This document shows positions 28,189 through 38,162 of a stretch of DNA of 64,000 bases, in pieces. Numbering within the stretch: position 1 is the stretch's first letter; each line of letters starts with the position of its first letter. Location of the stretch: NCBI GenBank assembly GCA_965261545.1, contig CBDHDF010000011.1, positions 768,001-832,000 of the forward strand. The letters run 5' to 3'. The DNA comes from Bdellovibrionales bacterium. Its GTDB lineage: Bacteria; Bdellovibrionota; Bdellovibrionia; Bdellovibrionales; UBA1609. Made by a program: the position numbers and the translations under genes. The notes beneath the pieces are model-generated. The model was not told the origin of the DNA. It saw only the letters and a program-made list of their open reading frames with translations, and ran no database searches.

Positions 28189-30233
28189 TGGATGTGTCAT
28201 GAATATTTTGATATTCGTGCTTTTGGCGGAGTCCTCTCTACAGGCAATGCCGTTTCCTTAAGAAAAATCTCTTGAAATCATTAGATAAATCGACAAGAAT
28301 AAGACTTGTTTTATTTTACACCCAACCCTCAACCAAGGAGTAAGTCACATGCAATCCAATATTGATCTCGAAAGCCCCCAAATGACGAGTTCGCGTCACA
28401 GATGACCATTTTATTCTACCAAAACTTGATTCTTCCTTCAAGCCAGAGCACCTTGTCGATCCAGAAAAACAAAAAAGGAATCGAAAATTTAATCCTCAAA
28501 TTTTCTTTTTTACCATTATCTATCTTATTTCCGGAACAAATTACGAAGGCTACCAAATCGCTCTTAAGACGGTATGGACTCATTTTGGTGACCTGCTTCT
28601 CATGCCAGTCAAAAGCAGTCTCAGCAAGATACGTCAAAGTATTTCTTACCTATTTTTCAAAGATATCTTTGAATCTCTGATTACAGACTACGAACCATTG
28701 AGAAAAACGTTTCATGGTTTTTATATCTATGCCATAGATGGCGACCAATTAGCACTTCCTCGCTCTAAAGATCTTTTAAAGGAGGGTTATTGTGGGTACC
28801 CTTGCCCAAATGAGATGGAAACTCATTTCTTACGTATGTATCTATCTCATGCTTATGACGTTTTATCGGGTGTGACAAAGAATCTTTGCTTTTCTCCCGC
28901 TCTCAACGAAATCGCCAATGCTATTCAAATGATAGGTAGTTTTGAGAGTAATAGCATAACTCTCTACGATAGGCTTTATTTATCTACAGAGATTATTAAG
29001 GCCCATGCTCAAGCCAGTAACTTCTTTATTGCGCGTTGTAAGCGAGGCTCTACTTTTATCCCCATCGTAAATTTATTTAATGGCCCAGGTTGGTATTCAC
29101 AAATGGTTATTGAGGGGGTGGTCATTCATCTCTATAAGTATAAAAACCCAAAGACTGGGGAGTTCTCTGTTTTGGCCACTAATCTTCCGCATGGCTCCTT
29201 GGACAAGAAGGATATGGTTGCTCTTTACTCTCGTCGTTGGGAAATAGAAACGACATTTCGTGATTTTACATCGACAATGAAAATGGAGCAGTGGCACTCA
29301 ACAAGCCTTAATGGAATATTGCAAGAGCTGTATTCTTATTTTTGGCTCTTCAATTATACAAAGATTCAAATGAGCATAAATGAGGATGAAGACAGTGTGA
29401 ATCAGTTGGTGAAAAATGACTACAAAAAACCTAACTTTAAACTGATTCTTGATTTCATAATGGATAGCATCCCTCTTTTTGTTGCGGGGCTCTATCAGAA
29501 ATTTAGGAAGCAGATAAAGTTGCTGATGAAGATTTCAATGGAGAAGAGGAGGCACTTCAAAAGAAGCTATGAAAGGTCTATCAAAAGGGCTGGGAGTTCT
29601 TTTAAAAGAAATAGCTTAACGCAGAGGCAGAGGGGTGTGGTGGCTTAAGGAAACGGCATTGTCTCTACAGGTAATCACATGAAAGGATCTTCTTGGGGAC
29701 AAGTACGAGGGCCGGTACAATTTACTTTTGCTCAATCATACCACCGCATTACACCATTGGAGATTTCCATAACTCGTTGCGCCGTGACTAAAGAAGACGA
29801 TATTAAAAAAGAACGAACTATGGGTAACAAACACATTATACCTTACGCCCTTTACTCGTCTAAGGTTTATGTATCTCCTGGATTTGCTGAGCGCACCGAA
29901 TTTACAAATTCTGATTTTGATATCCTCTTAGGTGCAATCAAGAATATGTTTGAGCATGACCGTTCAGCTGCTCGTGGTGAAATGATAGTGCGTGATATAT
30001 ATGATTTTAAACATATTGGCACTCAGCATAAAAATAACATCGAACAAAATAAGCGTGAAGCTCGCCTCGGATGTGCCCATGCTCACAAGCTCTTTGAGGA
30101 AGTCAAAGTAGAGTTAAAGGATGGTGTAGATTCTCCTCAATCTTTTTCTGATTATAAAATTAAATGCGACTGGAATAATAAAGATCCCAAATACGAAGGC
30201 GTGAAATTACAGACAATTAAAGACATAAAATGA
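28189..30233 (+). pseudogene. cas7c: Cas7c (Csd2): 5' end deleted and remainder split by IS4-A
   Basis: Removing IS4-A joins WMCHEYFDIRAFGGVLSTG to NHMKGSSWGQVRGPVQF...ITRCAVT...MFEHDRSAARG. Confidence 0.92.
28245..29661 (+). mobile_element. IS4-A copy 3
   Basis: Same IRs; 10-bp TSD TCTCTACAGG; transposase ORF at 28602-29648. Confidence 0.95.
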
Positions 30234-30889
30234 ATGATAAAACAAATTTTCTGCTCACTCCTCCACTTGATAGCGGCGAGAGTATTATACCTCTCTCCTC
30301 TATTAACCAATTTCTTTATTGTTCTCGTCGGGCAGGACTTATGTATGTGGAAGGCGTCTTTACTGATAATGAGCATACAGTTCTTGGCCGCCAGCTTCAT
30401 AAGGAAGTCGATACTTCTGGCTATGCAACCATTAAAGGCGTGACTTTACTTCGTGCTTTGCCTGTTTGGTCTGGTCAATTTGGGCTTAGTGGCAAGTGCG
30501 ATATTGTCGAACGCCATCCTGATGGTACATTATTTCCTGTCGAGTTCAAAAAAGGTCGACGCCGGAAGTTCGGTAACGATGATGCCCAACTTTGCGCTCA
30601 GGCCATTTGCCTTGAAGAAATGTTTGGTCGAAGTATTCACCGAGGTGCTATTTTTTATTTTAAAACCAAGCGTCGCCGGGAAGTAGAATTTACCGAGGAA
30701 TTACGCTGTCTCACCAAACAGGTGATCAGAGATATGCACCAACTGCTATTAGAGAAAGTTATGCCACGGGCCGTGCATAAACCTCAGTGTTCGGAGTGCT
30801 CGCTTTTTGGAAGTTGCATGCCTGAAGTCACAAGTATTCCGCCCGCACTAGCTAAAGCTAGTCAGGCAGTATTTGATACAGATGATTAA
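30230..30889 (+). CDS. cas4: Cas4 exonuclease
   Basis: YC-x-RR, GKCDIVE, PVEFKKG, QLCAQAICLEEM and C-x-x-CSL-x-x-x-C-x-P motifs. Confidence 0.95.
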   Translation: MNDKTNFLLTPPLDSGESIIPLSSINQFLYCSRRAGLMYVEGVFTDNEHTVLGRQLHKEVDTSGYATIKGVTLLRALPVWSGQFGLSGKCDIVERHPDGTLFPVEFKKGRRRKFGNDDAQLCAQAICLEEMFGRSIHRGAIFYFKTKRRREVEFTEELRCLTKQVIRDMHQLLLEKVMPRAVHKPQCSECSLFGSCMPEVTSIPPALAKASQAVFDTDD

Positions 30890-30927
30890 TACTTTTGTTA
30901 ACTGTTAAAGGAGGTCAAACAATCACT

Positions 30928-31998
30928 ATGGCTATTATTCAAAATACCCTTTATTTGACAACACCAGGGGCCGCAGTTGTTAAGGATCATTTAACACTTC
31001 GGGTTGAAATTGAGAAAGAAACTCGCCTAATTGTACCCATTCATCACTTAGAAAGCATCTGTGCATTTGGGCGAGTTGTAGTGACACCTCCAGCTATGTC
31101 TTTGTGCTGGGATCATCAGGTAGCTATACATTACCATACAGAGAACGGCTACCTCTTGGCACAAGTATTGGGGAGCGGAGATACACGCTACTTGTTACGT
31201 CGGGCTCAATACTCCACAGCAGATAGTCCAAAGGGTGCTGCCCACATAGCTCGCCAGTTTGTTGCTGGAAAGCTACAAAATTCACGATCCAATGTATTAA
31301 GGGCAAAAAGGGAAGCTGATGATAATGCAGATTATAAACAACTCGCAAAAGCTGCTGATGAACTTGCTCAGATTATCCGCCGCCTTAGTCATCATCAACT
31401 CACTGACAAGGGTTGTTCACTCCGGGAGATGCTTGATCCAATTCGAGGGTTAGAAGGATTGGGTGCCAAAATTTATTTTTCAGTACTTCAATACATGCTC
31501 AAACAACAGCGTGAAGACTTTCGATTTGTAACCCGTACTCGGCGCCCACCTCAGGACCGAATCAATTGTCTACTTTCCTTCATTTATGCTCTAGTTCGCC
31601 ATGATTGTTTGGCTGCATTAACAACCGCTGGACTGGATCCATATGTTGGTTGGCTTCATGTAACACGTGCCGGACGACCGGCTTGTGCTCTTGACTTGAT
31701 GGAAGAATTTCGACCTTGCTTAGCAGATCGTTTAGCATTAACCCTAATCAATCGCCGCCAGATCGAGCCTAAACATTTTTGTGAACGAGAGGGTGGTGCT
31801 GTAGAATTTACCGAACGAGGTAGAAAGGAGGTTATTCAAGCTTGGCAGCGGCGCAAGCAAACGGAAGTGAAACATGCTCTATTCAAAGAGTCTATTCGCT
31901 TAGGGCAGGTGTTTAGCATCCAAGCTAAGTTATTAGCAAGGAAACTACGTGGGGATATTCCTGACTATATCAGCAATTCCCGTCGAAAAATAGTTTAG
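30928..31998 (+). CDS. cas1: Type I-C Cas1; last 5 residues replaced through an IS insertion
   Basis: NTLY, RGLEG, RRPPQD-x-INCLLSF-x-Y, GLDPYVG-x-LH and LDLMEEFRP motifs. The native end (AFIPK*) lies at 33623-33641. Confidence 0.94.
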   Translation: MAIIQNTLYLTTPGAAVVKDHLTLRVEIEKETRLIVPIHHLESICAFGRVVVTPPAMSLCWDHQVAIHYHTENGYLLAQVLGSGDTRYLLRRAQYSTADSPKGAAHIARQFVAGKLQNSRSNVLRAKREADDNADYKQLAKAADELAQIIRRLSHHQLTDKGCSLREMLDPIRGLEGLGAKIYFSVLQYMLKQQREDFRFVTRTRRPPQDRINCLLSFIYALVRHDCLAALTTAGLDPYVGWLHVTRAGRPACALDLMEEFRPCLADRLALTLINRRQIEPKHFCEREGGAVEFTERGRKEVIQAWQRRKQTEVKHALFKESIRLGQVFSIQAKLLARKLRGDIPDYISNSRRKIV

Positions 31999-33613
31999 GC
32001 CACAGTAGTGGCTTCCAAAAGATTCGCCTCAAAAAGAGTTCGTAGACTTTTGCCTAAGTATCTGTTTGAATATTTGTTGTTGCACATCAGACCAAGGAGG
32101 GTTCGTCATGTCGCATCAACATTTTAGAAAAGGTCTATCCGCTTCAGGAATGTATTCCCTGCTACACAGTAAATCTCTTGCAGTTCCAGATATAAGATCG
32201 CAGCGTCCCCATAGGATTCCTCTGAGCGATGCCATTATGTCATCTGTGGCAATGTTTGCCTTGAAAGATCCATCCATGCTTCAGTTTTGTGATCGTGTCC
32301 ATGACCCAGTGGCAAAAAACAACCTACACCATTTGTTTCAAATAGGCCAAATTCCTAGTGATACGGCTATGCGAGAGATTTTAGATCCTGTTCCAACCCG
32401 TGAGTTTCAAAATTTTTTTAAATCTTTGTTTACCGTAGCTCAAAGAGGGAAGGTTTTGGAGGGTTACCCATATTTGGGTGGAAAATATCTTCTCAGCATT
32501 GATGGAACAGGTGCCTTTAGCTCCTCGACTATTCATTGTGAGAATTGTTGTATAAAGAATCATCGTGATGAGACGAAGACCTACTATCATCAAATGTTAG
32601 CAGGAGTGATTGTTCACCCCGATAAGAAACAGGTTATACCTATTGCTCCAGAGCCCATTTCAAACACAGATGGATCGAGCAAAAATGATTGTGAGCGTAA
32701 TGCAGCCAAACGACTCCTTGAAGATTTTCGCAGGGAACACCCTCACCTTCCAGTGATTGTTATTGAGGATGGATTGGCTTCCAATGCTCCTCACATCACT
32801 CTTCTTAACGAATTAAAATTAAGTTATATTTTAGGCTGTAAGATGGGGGACCACAAAGTTTTATTTGAGTTTGTAAATGGAGCAGATAGCTTAGGAACAG
32901 TTTCTCACTTCACCGTGGTAGAGAATGGAGTGACACATGAATTTCGATTCATAAATGATGTTTCACTCAATGATTCAAATCCTGATTGTCGAGTGAATTT
33001 TATTGAATACAAAGAAACGAAAGCAAACGGTAAGGTTCAGCACTTTAGCTGGGTGACTGACATTGAGATCAACGAAGACAACATAATGCAAATAATGAGG
33101 GGGGGAAGAGCACGCTGGAAGATAGAAAATGAAACATTTAATACGTTAAAGAATTTGGGTTACAACTTTGAGCACAATTTTGGCCACGGCAAGCAAAATT
33201 TGTGTAACAATTTAGCCGTGATTATGATGCTGGTATTTTTAGTGGACCAACTTCAACATTTGGCCTGTAAATTGTTTCAAAAGGCGGTAGAAAAAGAGAG
33301 GAGACTATCTTATCTATGGGATCATATGAGGGGGTATTTCCATACCCTATACTTTAAAAATTGGCAGGAACTCCTCGCCATAATGGCTTATGGGATTAAG
33401 CCTATTGCTGCCTCAGATGTTTTCGACACATCATGAGCAGCCATTTTTCTCAAAGTGCCCCAAAGAGTTTAACGTATTTGCCCTAAACTAAAGTCTGGAC
33501 ATTCGCCTCTAAATGGCGAAGACGGGGAGGTTTACCTTATTCGATGCAGTGCAATTCTCACACTGAGATTTGGAGGAATTTCAATGTTTTTTCAAGCTCG
33601 GCGGGAATTTCTG
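31971..33613 (+). mobile_element. ISNCY-like DDE element
   Basis: IRs CAGCAATTCCCGTCGA / TCGGCGGGAATTTCTG; 9-bp TSD TGACTATAT. Confidence 0.9.
32108..33436 (+). CDS. ISNCY-family transposase
   Basis: SIDGT, KNDCERNAAKR, EDGL and GRARWKIENETFNTLKN-x-GY-x-FEHNFGHG motifs; AGGAGG RBS before 32108. Confidence 0.88.
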   Translation: MSHQHFRKGLSASGMYSLLHSKSLAVPDIRSQRPHRIPLSDAIMSSVAMFALKDPSMLQFCDRVHDPVAKNNLHHLFQIGQIPSDTAMREILDPVPTREFQNFFKSLFTVAQRGKVLEGYPYLGGKYLLSIDGTGAFSSSTIHCENCCIKNHRDETKTYYHQMLAGVIVHPDKKQVIPIAPEPISNTDGSSKNDCERNAAKRLLEDFRREHPHLPVIVIEDGLASNAPHITLLNELKLSYILGCKMGDHKVLFEFVNGADSLGTVSHFTVVENGVTHEFRFINDVSLNDSNPDCRVNFIEYKETKANGKVQHFSWVTDIEINEDNIMQIMRGGRARWKIENETFNTLKNLGYNFEHNFGHGKQNLCNNLAVIMMLVFLVDQLQHLACKLFQKAVEKERRLSYLWDHMRGYFHTLYFKNWQELLAIMAYGIKPIAASDVFDTS

Positions 33614-33829
33614 TGACTATATTGCTTTTATTCCAAAATAAGGCTATATGAGGTAAAATATAAAGCCCCTTTCTTTTGGGGCTCCAAAATTCTCTAAAGG
33701 AAACCATCTCCAACTATGACTTTGTATAGAGGAAAAAAAGAAGAGGAATTAACCTCTAGTGTGGTGGGTTAACTTAACAATTAACTGCTCACACTTGTTA
33801 TAAGGATCTCTACCTTATTTTAGAAGGAT

Positions 33830-34168
33830 GTGTCAGTGTTCATTTTAATTACCTATGATGTTGCTACATCGGATAGGGCTGGGCAAAAACGGTTACGCCG
33901 TATAGCAAGAACTTGTGAAGATTATGGCGTACGAGTCCAAATGTCAGTCTTTGAATGCCAAGTGGGAGGAACTGAGTGGGCAAAATTAAGGGGCCGCTTA
34001 CTTGAGGAAATTAATTATAAGCAAGATTCTCTCAGAATCTATCATTTGGGGGAAGGTACTAGGAATAAGATTGAACATCATGGGACCAAGGAGCCTCTTA
34101 ATTTGAGTGCTCCATTAATTTTGTGGCTATATCCGAGTTTCTCGGAGCCTAAAGTCCAAATTCCCTAG
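33830..34168 (+). CDS. cas2: Cas2, full coding sequence read through into ISL3 (14-aa extension)
   Basis: LITYDV, RLRRIA-x-x-CEDYGVRVQ-x-SVFEC and DSLRIY motifs. The native stop T|AA is split by ISL3. Confidence 0.94.
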   Translation: MSVFILITYDVATSDRAGQKRLRRIARTCEDYGVRVQMSVFECQVGGTEWAKLRGRLLEEINYKQDSLRIYHLGEGTRNKIEHHGTKEPLNLSAPLILWLYPSFSEPKVQIP

Positions 34169-34265
34169 GGAAATAGCTAAAAACTGGATGTACAGGTTAT
34201 TCCTAAGATTTGTACATAAAAACACGGAGGACAGGGCTACCAAATCACTTGTGTGGAGAGCCGCC

Positions 34266-34357
34266 GTTATCCACAAGACTCACCCACAGCAGCGCTGCTT
34301 TATTGTGGCTCCGAGGGCCATAGCCGCAGCGTCGCCATGGATGAGTCTGTGGATAAC
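34266..34357. repeat. DnaA-box hairpin module (copy in ISL3)
   Basis: GTTATCCACAAGACTCACCCACAG...CATGGATGAGTCTGTGGATAAC. Confidence 0.85.
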
Positions 34358-34425
34358 TGACTCATCTTGGCGGAGTTAGTATGGGGAGGTGAATTGGAAA
34401 AAGAAATGTTGATCGACAATAAAAA

Positions 34426-35691
34426 CTATAATGTACAAAAACGCTTGGGGAAACTTCCAACAATATCCAAATCCCCAGCACACAAGTAAATCATATTCTC
34501 AAAACCCTGTAGGTTCTTAAATCCTGAAGCCCGATTTTTTATGATCTTTAGAAGGCGATTGATTCCCTCAGCCTTGGCATTTGTGACAGGATCTTTAATG
34601 AAGGAAAGAATATTTTCTTGGTGCTTCCTGAGCATCAAGGCAAACTTTTTCATAGAATCAATGCGTGATCTTAAGGCACGAGTGATCCAGGCATTCAGAA
34701 AATTCGCAGCATGACCTGGACTCACATAATCCCAGAAATGCTCAAAATTATCTTTAAGCAGCCATGCTCTGAATATTTTATTGTTAGATTTCTCCATGAG
34801 GTTAATTTTACGAGTTTGGGCCTTACTACGAGAGGATGAACTGTAGGCTATCAACCAGCGAGTTCCCTTAATAGCCTTTCTGTCCTTCTTGCAGGCATCT
34901 CTCCAAATTTCTTTTCTCACCTCATCCACAGCCCTGTTGAGGGATTGAATAATGTGAAATTTGTCCAAAACGAGAGTAGCATTCTTACAATGCTCCTTGA
35001 TAGAGGAGATGTAGCCTTGAGCCATATCACAACAAGCCACTCTAATTTTGTCTCGCTGATATTGGCTGAGTTCCTTTGTAAAAAAGGAGTCTATTGTCTC
35101 CTTACCCTTACCTTTTCCAATCCAAACGACACAGCCTTTCTTCATGTCGTAAATCAAGGTAATAAACTTCCTTCCCTTAGCATAAGAAATTTCATCGACT
35201 CCAATGACCTCCAAACCACGAATTTTGTGACCATCTCGTTCCCTGTGGATGATTCGATGAATAAGATCAGATAAGGTGGATGTGGGTATCTTGACAAGCT
35301 CTGAAACGGCTTTTTGGGTCATCTGCTTGGTCAGGGTCAGAATTGTTAGTTCCAGACGATAGGTGACTCGACTGAAGTGGTCGGCCCAAGGAATTCTCTC
35401 CATAATACGACCATGAGTGGGACACAGAACTTCCTTCGGAGAATAATGGAAATAAATGGGGGTACCGCACACGACGATATCTCGCCACACTCTTTCTTCT
35501 AAGCATCTAAGTATCTTACAGCGGCGTCCACAATGAGGACAGCGGCAGCCATTCTTATGGGGTTTAACCCCTAAGTGAAGTTCTTGATTTCGATTTTTAA
35601 ATTTAACCCAAGTCACTTTTAAGAATGATAATTTCAACATCTTTATAATAAACTTATTCAAGACCATGGCATCTCCTGTATTATTTTCCAA
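34426..35691 (-). CDS. ISL3-family transposase
   Basis: CPHCG zinc finger, GVDEIS, CDM, DKFHI and TNAKAEGIN-x-x-x-K motifs. Confidence 0.95.
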   Translation of the reverse strand: MENNTGDAMVLNKFIIKMLKLSFLKVTWVKFKNRNQELHLGVKPHKNGCRCPHCGRRCKILRCLEERVWRDIVVCGTPIYFHYSPKEVLCPTHGRIMERIPWADHFSRVTYRLELTILTLTKQMTQKAVSELVKIPTSTLSDLIHRIIHRERDGHKIRGLEVIGVDEISYAKGRKFITLIYDMKKGCVVWIGKGKGKETIDSFFTKELSQYQRDKIRVACCDMAQGYISSIKEHCKNATLVLDKFHIIQSLNRAVDEVRKEIWRDACKKDRKAIKGTRWLIAYSSSSRSKAQTRKINLMEKSNNKIFRAWLLKDNFEHFWDYVSPGHAANFLNAWITRALRSRIDSMKKFALMLRKHQENILSFIKDPVTNAKAEGINRLLKIIKNRASGFKNLQGFENMIYLCAGDLDIVGSFPKRFCTL

Positions 35692-35853
35692 TAAGTAAAT
35701 TAAGAGATTAAACCATGGTTTTGTTATGGGTAAAGTAATGAGGGGGATAAATCATGGAAATTGAATTATTTTCTTGGTTTTTAATGCGGTAATTCTGCAA
35801 CGTCGAAATTAGGCCCATTTTCTGTTGAGAAACTCGGATATACCCAATTTTGT

Positions 35854-36035
35854 AATTGGTGCGAAGGTAAAGCTACAGTGATTTCCCATTACTTTCGCAA
35901 TATCCAAAAACTTATAATTAACAACACCTTATGGTGAAATCTAGGTGTTCATATGGATAAGAGAATGCATGTGAAAAGAGGTTCGCATATTTATACATGT
36001 AATTGCTTGATATTTCTCTGGTTTTTTTAACCAGG
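35854..36035 (+). promoter_or_regulatory. Putative CRISPR leader
   Basis: AT-rich non-coding stretch between the native cas2 end and repeat 1. Confidence 0.6.
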
Positions 36036-36430
36036 ATCTCCCCTGACTGCGGTTGGGGGAGCGGATTGAAACTATAGAATTCTTTCGTCAACTGATCCAT
36101 TACATCCCATCTCCCCTGACTGCGGTTGGGGGAGCGGATTGAAACACGCAGGACTTCTTGCATTCTTGCTGTGCCGAGGAATCTCCCCTGACTGCGGTTG
36201 GGGGAGCGGATTGAAACTTTTGTAGCATAATCGCTAAGTCCGACGCATCTTATCTCCCCTGACTGCGGTTGGGGGAGCGGATTGAAACTGCGCTGGTTGG
36301 CGTAGCTCTTCGATGAACGCTATCTCCCCTGACTGCGGTTGGGGGAGCGGATTGAAACCCGTCATCACGCACGTCAAAAATGACAAGCAAATTATCTCCC
36401 CTGACTGCGGTTGGGGGAGCGGATTGAAAC
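36036..36430 (+). CRISPR. CRISPR array: 6 identical 37-bp repeats, 5 spacers (36, 35, 34, 33, 35 bp)
   Basis: Repeat ATCTCCCCTGACTGCGGTTGGGGGAGCGGATTGAAAC at 36036, 36109, 36181, 36252, 36322 and 36394. It is palindromic and ends ATTGAAAC. Confidence 0.98.
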
Positions 36431-36514
36431 ATATATAATTTCCCATCTATCTTGCATAAGTGGCCAAACTCCTCTCACTGAAATTGAAGAACTCCCCAAT
36501 TCTACACTTTAAGT

Positions 36515-36949
36515 TTATTTCTCTGAAATGCGATTTGAAAGAAGTCCCACAGCGAGGGCAAAAGAGACAGAGCGATTCCAGCGCAATATGGAGCGGTAGT
36601 TCTCATGAACTATATATGCTGTATATGCATCTGGCTCTGATCGTGCCTGTTTTTTATTCAAATTCTTATGCAAACCTTTGTGAGGCCATACCATGGAGCC
36701 CATGAAATTGCTCTTAGATAAGTTGCTCCCATTGATCTTCCTAATACCTAGAGTCTGCCATTGAGAAAGTGTTTTTTTCACCCTTAAGTTGGCTAGCCTT
36801 TTGTCGAACTTCCTAGGAAGGAGGACAGCTCGGCCCCAAGCTTGTTTCTTCTGCCATTTTGCATGAGCTAAGAAATTGGCCGCTGAAGCAAATATATCAG
36901 GGAGATTATTCCAGATGTCACGCTTGCCATCACCATCATGGTCCACGGC
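36515..36949 (-). pseudogene. Lytic murein transglycosylase (MltB/SLT_2 family) 3' remnant
   Basis: AVDHDGDGKRDIW...ASAANFL...W...WG and NYRSILRWNRS-x-x-FALAVGLL; the 5' part is replaced by IS21-A. Confidence 0.85.
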
Positions 36950-37379
36950 TGTTAGGCGCCAATTAAAATTGGCCATTTTTAGAAGCCGTCGCCAATGAAA
37001 AACGGCCAGTTGATGATGTACTGATTTAGTTATTCTTCGTTCAGAGTTTAGTCAAGTGTCTTTATTTTGCTCATCATTTAACTCGGACTATGCCACAAGA
37101 TTCTGAGGAATGATTTTCTGCCCACCACTTTTGGCATGACCCCAAATGCATCCTTCAGCCCTATGGCAGAGGTAAATGGAGTATTTTTCAGGATTCCTTG
37201 GCGCAGCTAATGTCTAAAGCTCCGCGAGAGTGACGAGCAAATAGTACGGTAAAAGCCAGTTATCCATAAATTTATCCATGGCGACACTGCGGCTGTGACC
37301 CCGATGTCTAGCAACGCAGTGCTGCTGTGGATAAATTTTGTGGATAACTGGCGAGTTCCTTCCCCAAAAGTGGGGATCT

Positions 37380-38162
37380 CTAATGAACTTCTTTGGTTGA
37401 ACTTTCCTCTTTGCTCTGTTTAGACTTGGCTTTTGCCGATTCGGTTCTCCAACTTTCTTTTCCTTCAATGTTGAGGGTTTCACAGTTGTGAATAATTCGA
37501 TCAACAGCAGCAGCGGTGGTAATAGGGTTAAGAAACACCTTATCCCATTCAGAGTAAGTTAAGTTTGTAGTGATCATGAGACTTTTCCTTTCATATCGCT
37601 GAGATATGAATTGAAAGAAAAGATCAGCACCCTCTGTGCAGGAAGCTGTATAGCCAAGTTCATCACAAGCAATAAGATCAAAACGGTCTAATTTCTTAAA
37701 AAGAGCATTCAATGAGAGTTCTTTCTTGCTTTCACGCATTGTTTCAATAAGTTCATGAGTGGTGACCCATAAACATCGATAGCCTTGTTCACAGAGTGAA
37801 CGAACTAGGGACATGGCCAAATGACTTTTCCCCATTCCAAAGCTTCCGTAAAACACAACATTACAGGCTTTTCTGACCCACTCTCCCTCTGCCATCCAAT
37901 TAATTTGCTGAGCTGTCACTCCCGTTCTTTTCTGGAAGTTATAAGTTTGGAGTGATTTAAGTTGAGGAAGCTTGGCCCCCTTAAGCAATCTTTTCACTCT
38001 CTGGGAATGCTTGTCAGCAAGCTCATTTTGAACGAGTATACCTAAATACTGTTCATACGTCTTTTTTGTTTTTTCGGCAACTCTAGCCGTTGCAACATAT
38101 TCATCCGCCATCGCTGGAAGTCGGAGTTTTTTAAGAGAACCTATAAGTTCTTCGTGATTCAT
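37380..38162 (-). CDS. istB: IstB ATPase
   Basis: As 9178-9960. Confidence 0.95.
   Translation of the reverse strand: MNHEELIGSLKKLRLPAMADEYVATARVAEKTKKTYEQYLGILVQNELADKHSQRVKRLLKGAKLPQLKSLQTYNFQKRTGVTAQQINWMAEGEWVRKACNVVFYGSFGMGKSHLAMSLVRSLCEQGYRCLWVTTHELIETMRESKKELSLNALFKKLDRFDLIACDELGYTASCTEGADLFFQFISQRYERKSLMITTNLTYSEWDKVFLNPITTAAAVDRIIHNCETLNIEGKESWRTESAKAKSKQSKEESSTKEVH

Larger units (their letters stand above)
34125..35845 (-). mobile_element. ISL3-family element
   Basis: IRs GGCTATATCCGAGTTTCTC / GGGTATATCCGAGTTTCTC; 8-bp TSD AATTTTGT. Confidence 0.95.

Noticed and set aside
28383..28385. TGA recoding (alternative genetic code) to explain the IS4-A frame
   Set aside because: cas3, cas5c, cas7c and several transposases end at TGA in the expected positions, and long genes lack internal TGA.
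35918..36446. Short ORFs across the CRISPR array
   Set aside because: Translations of repeats and spacers.
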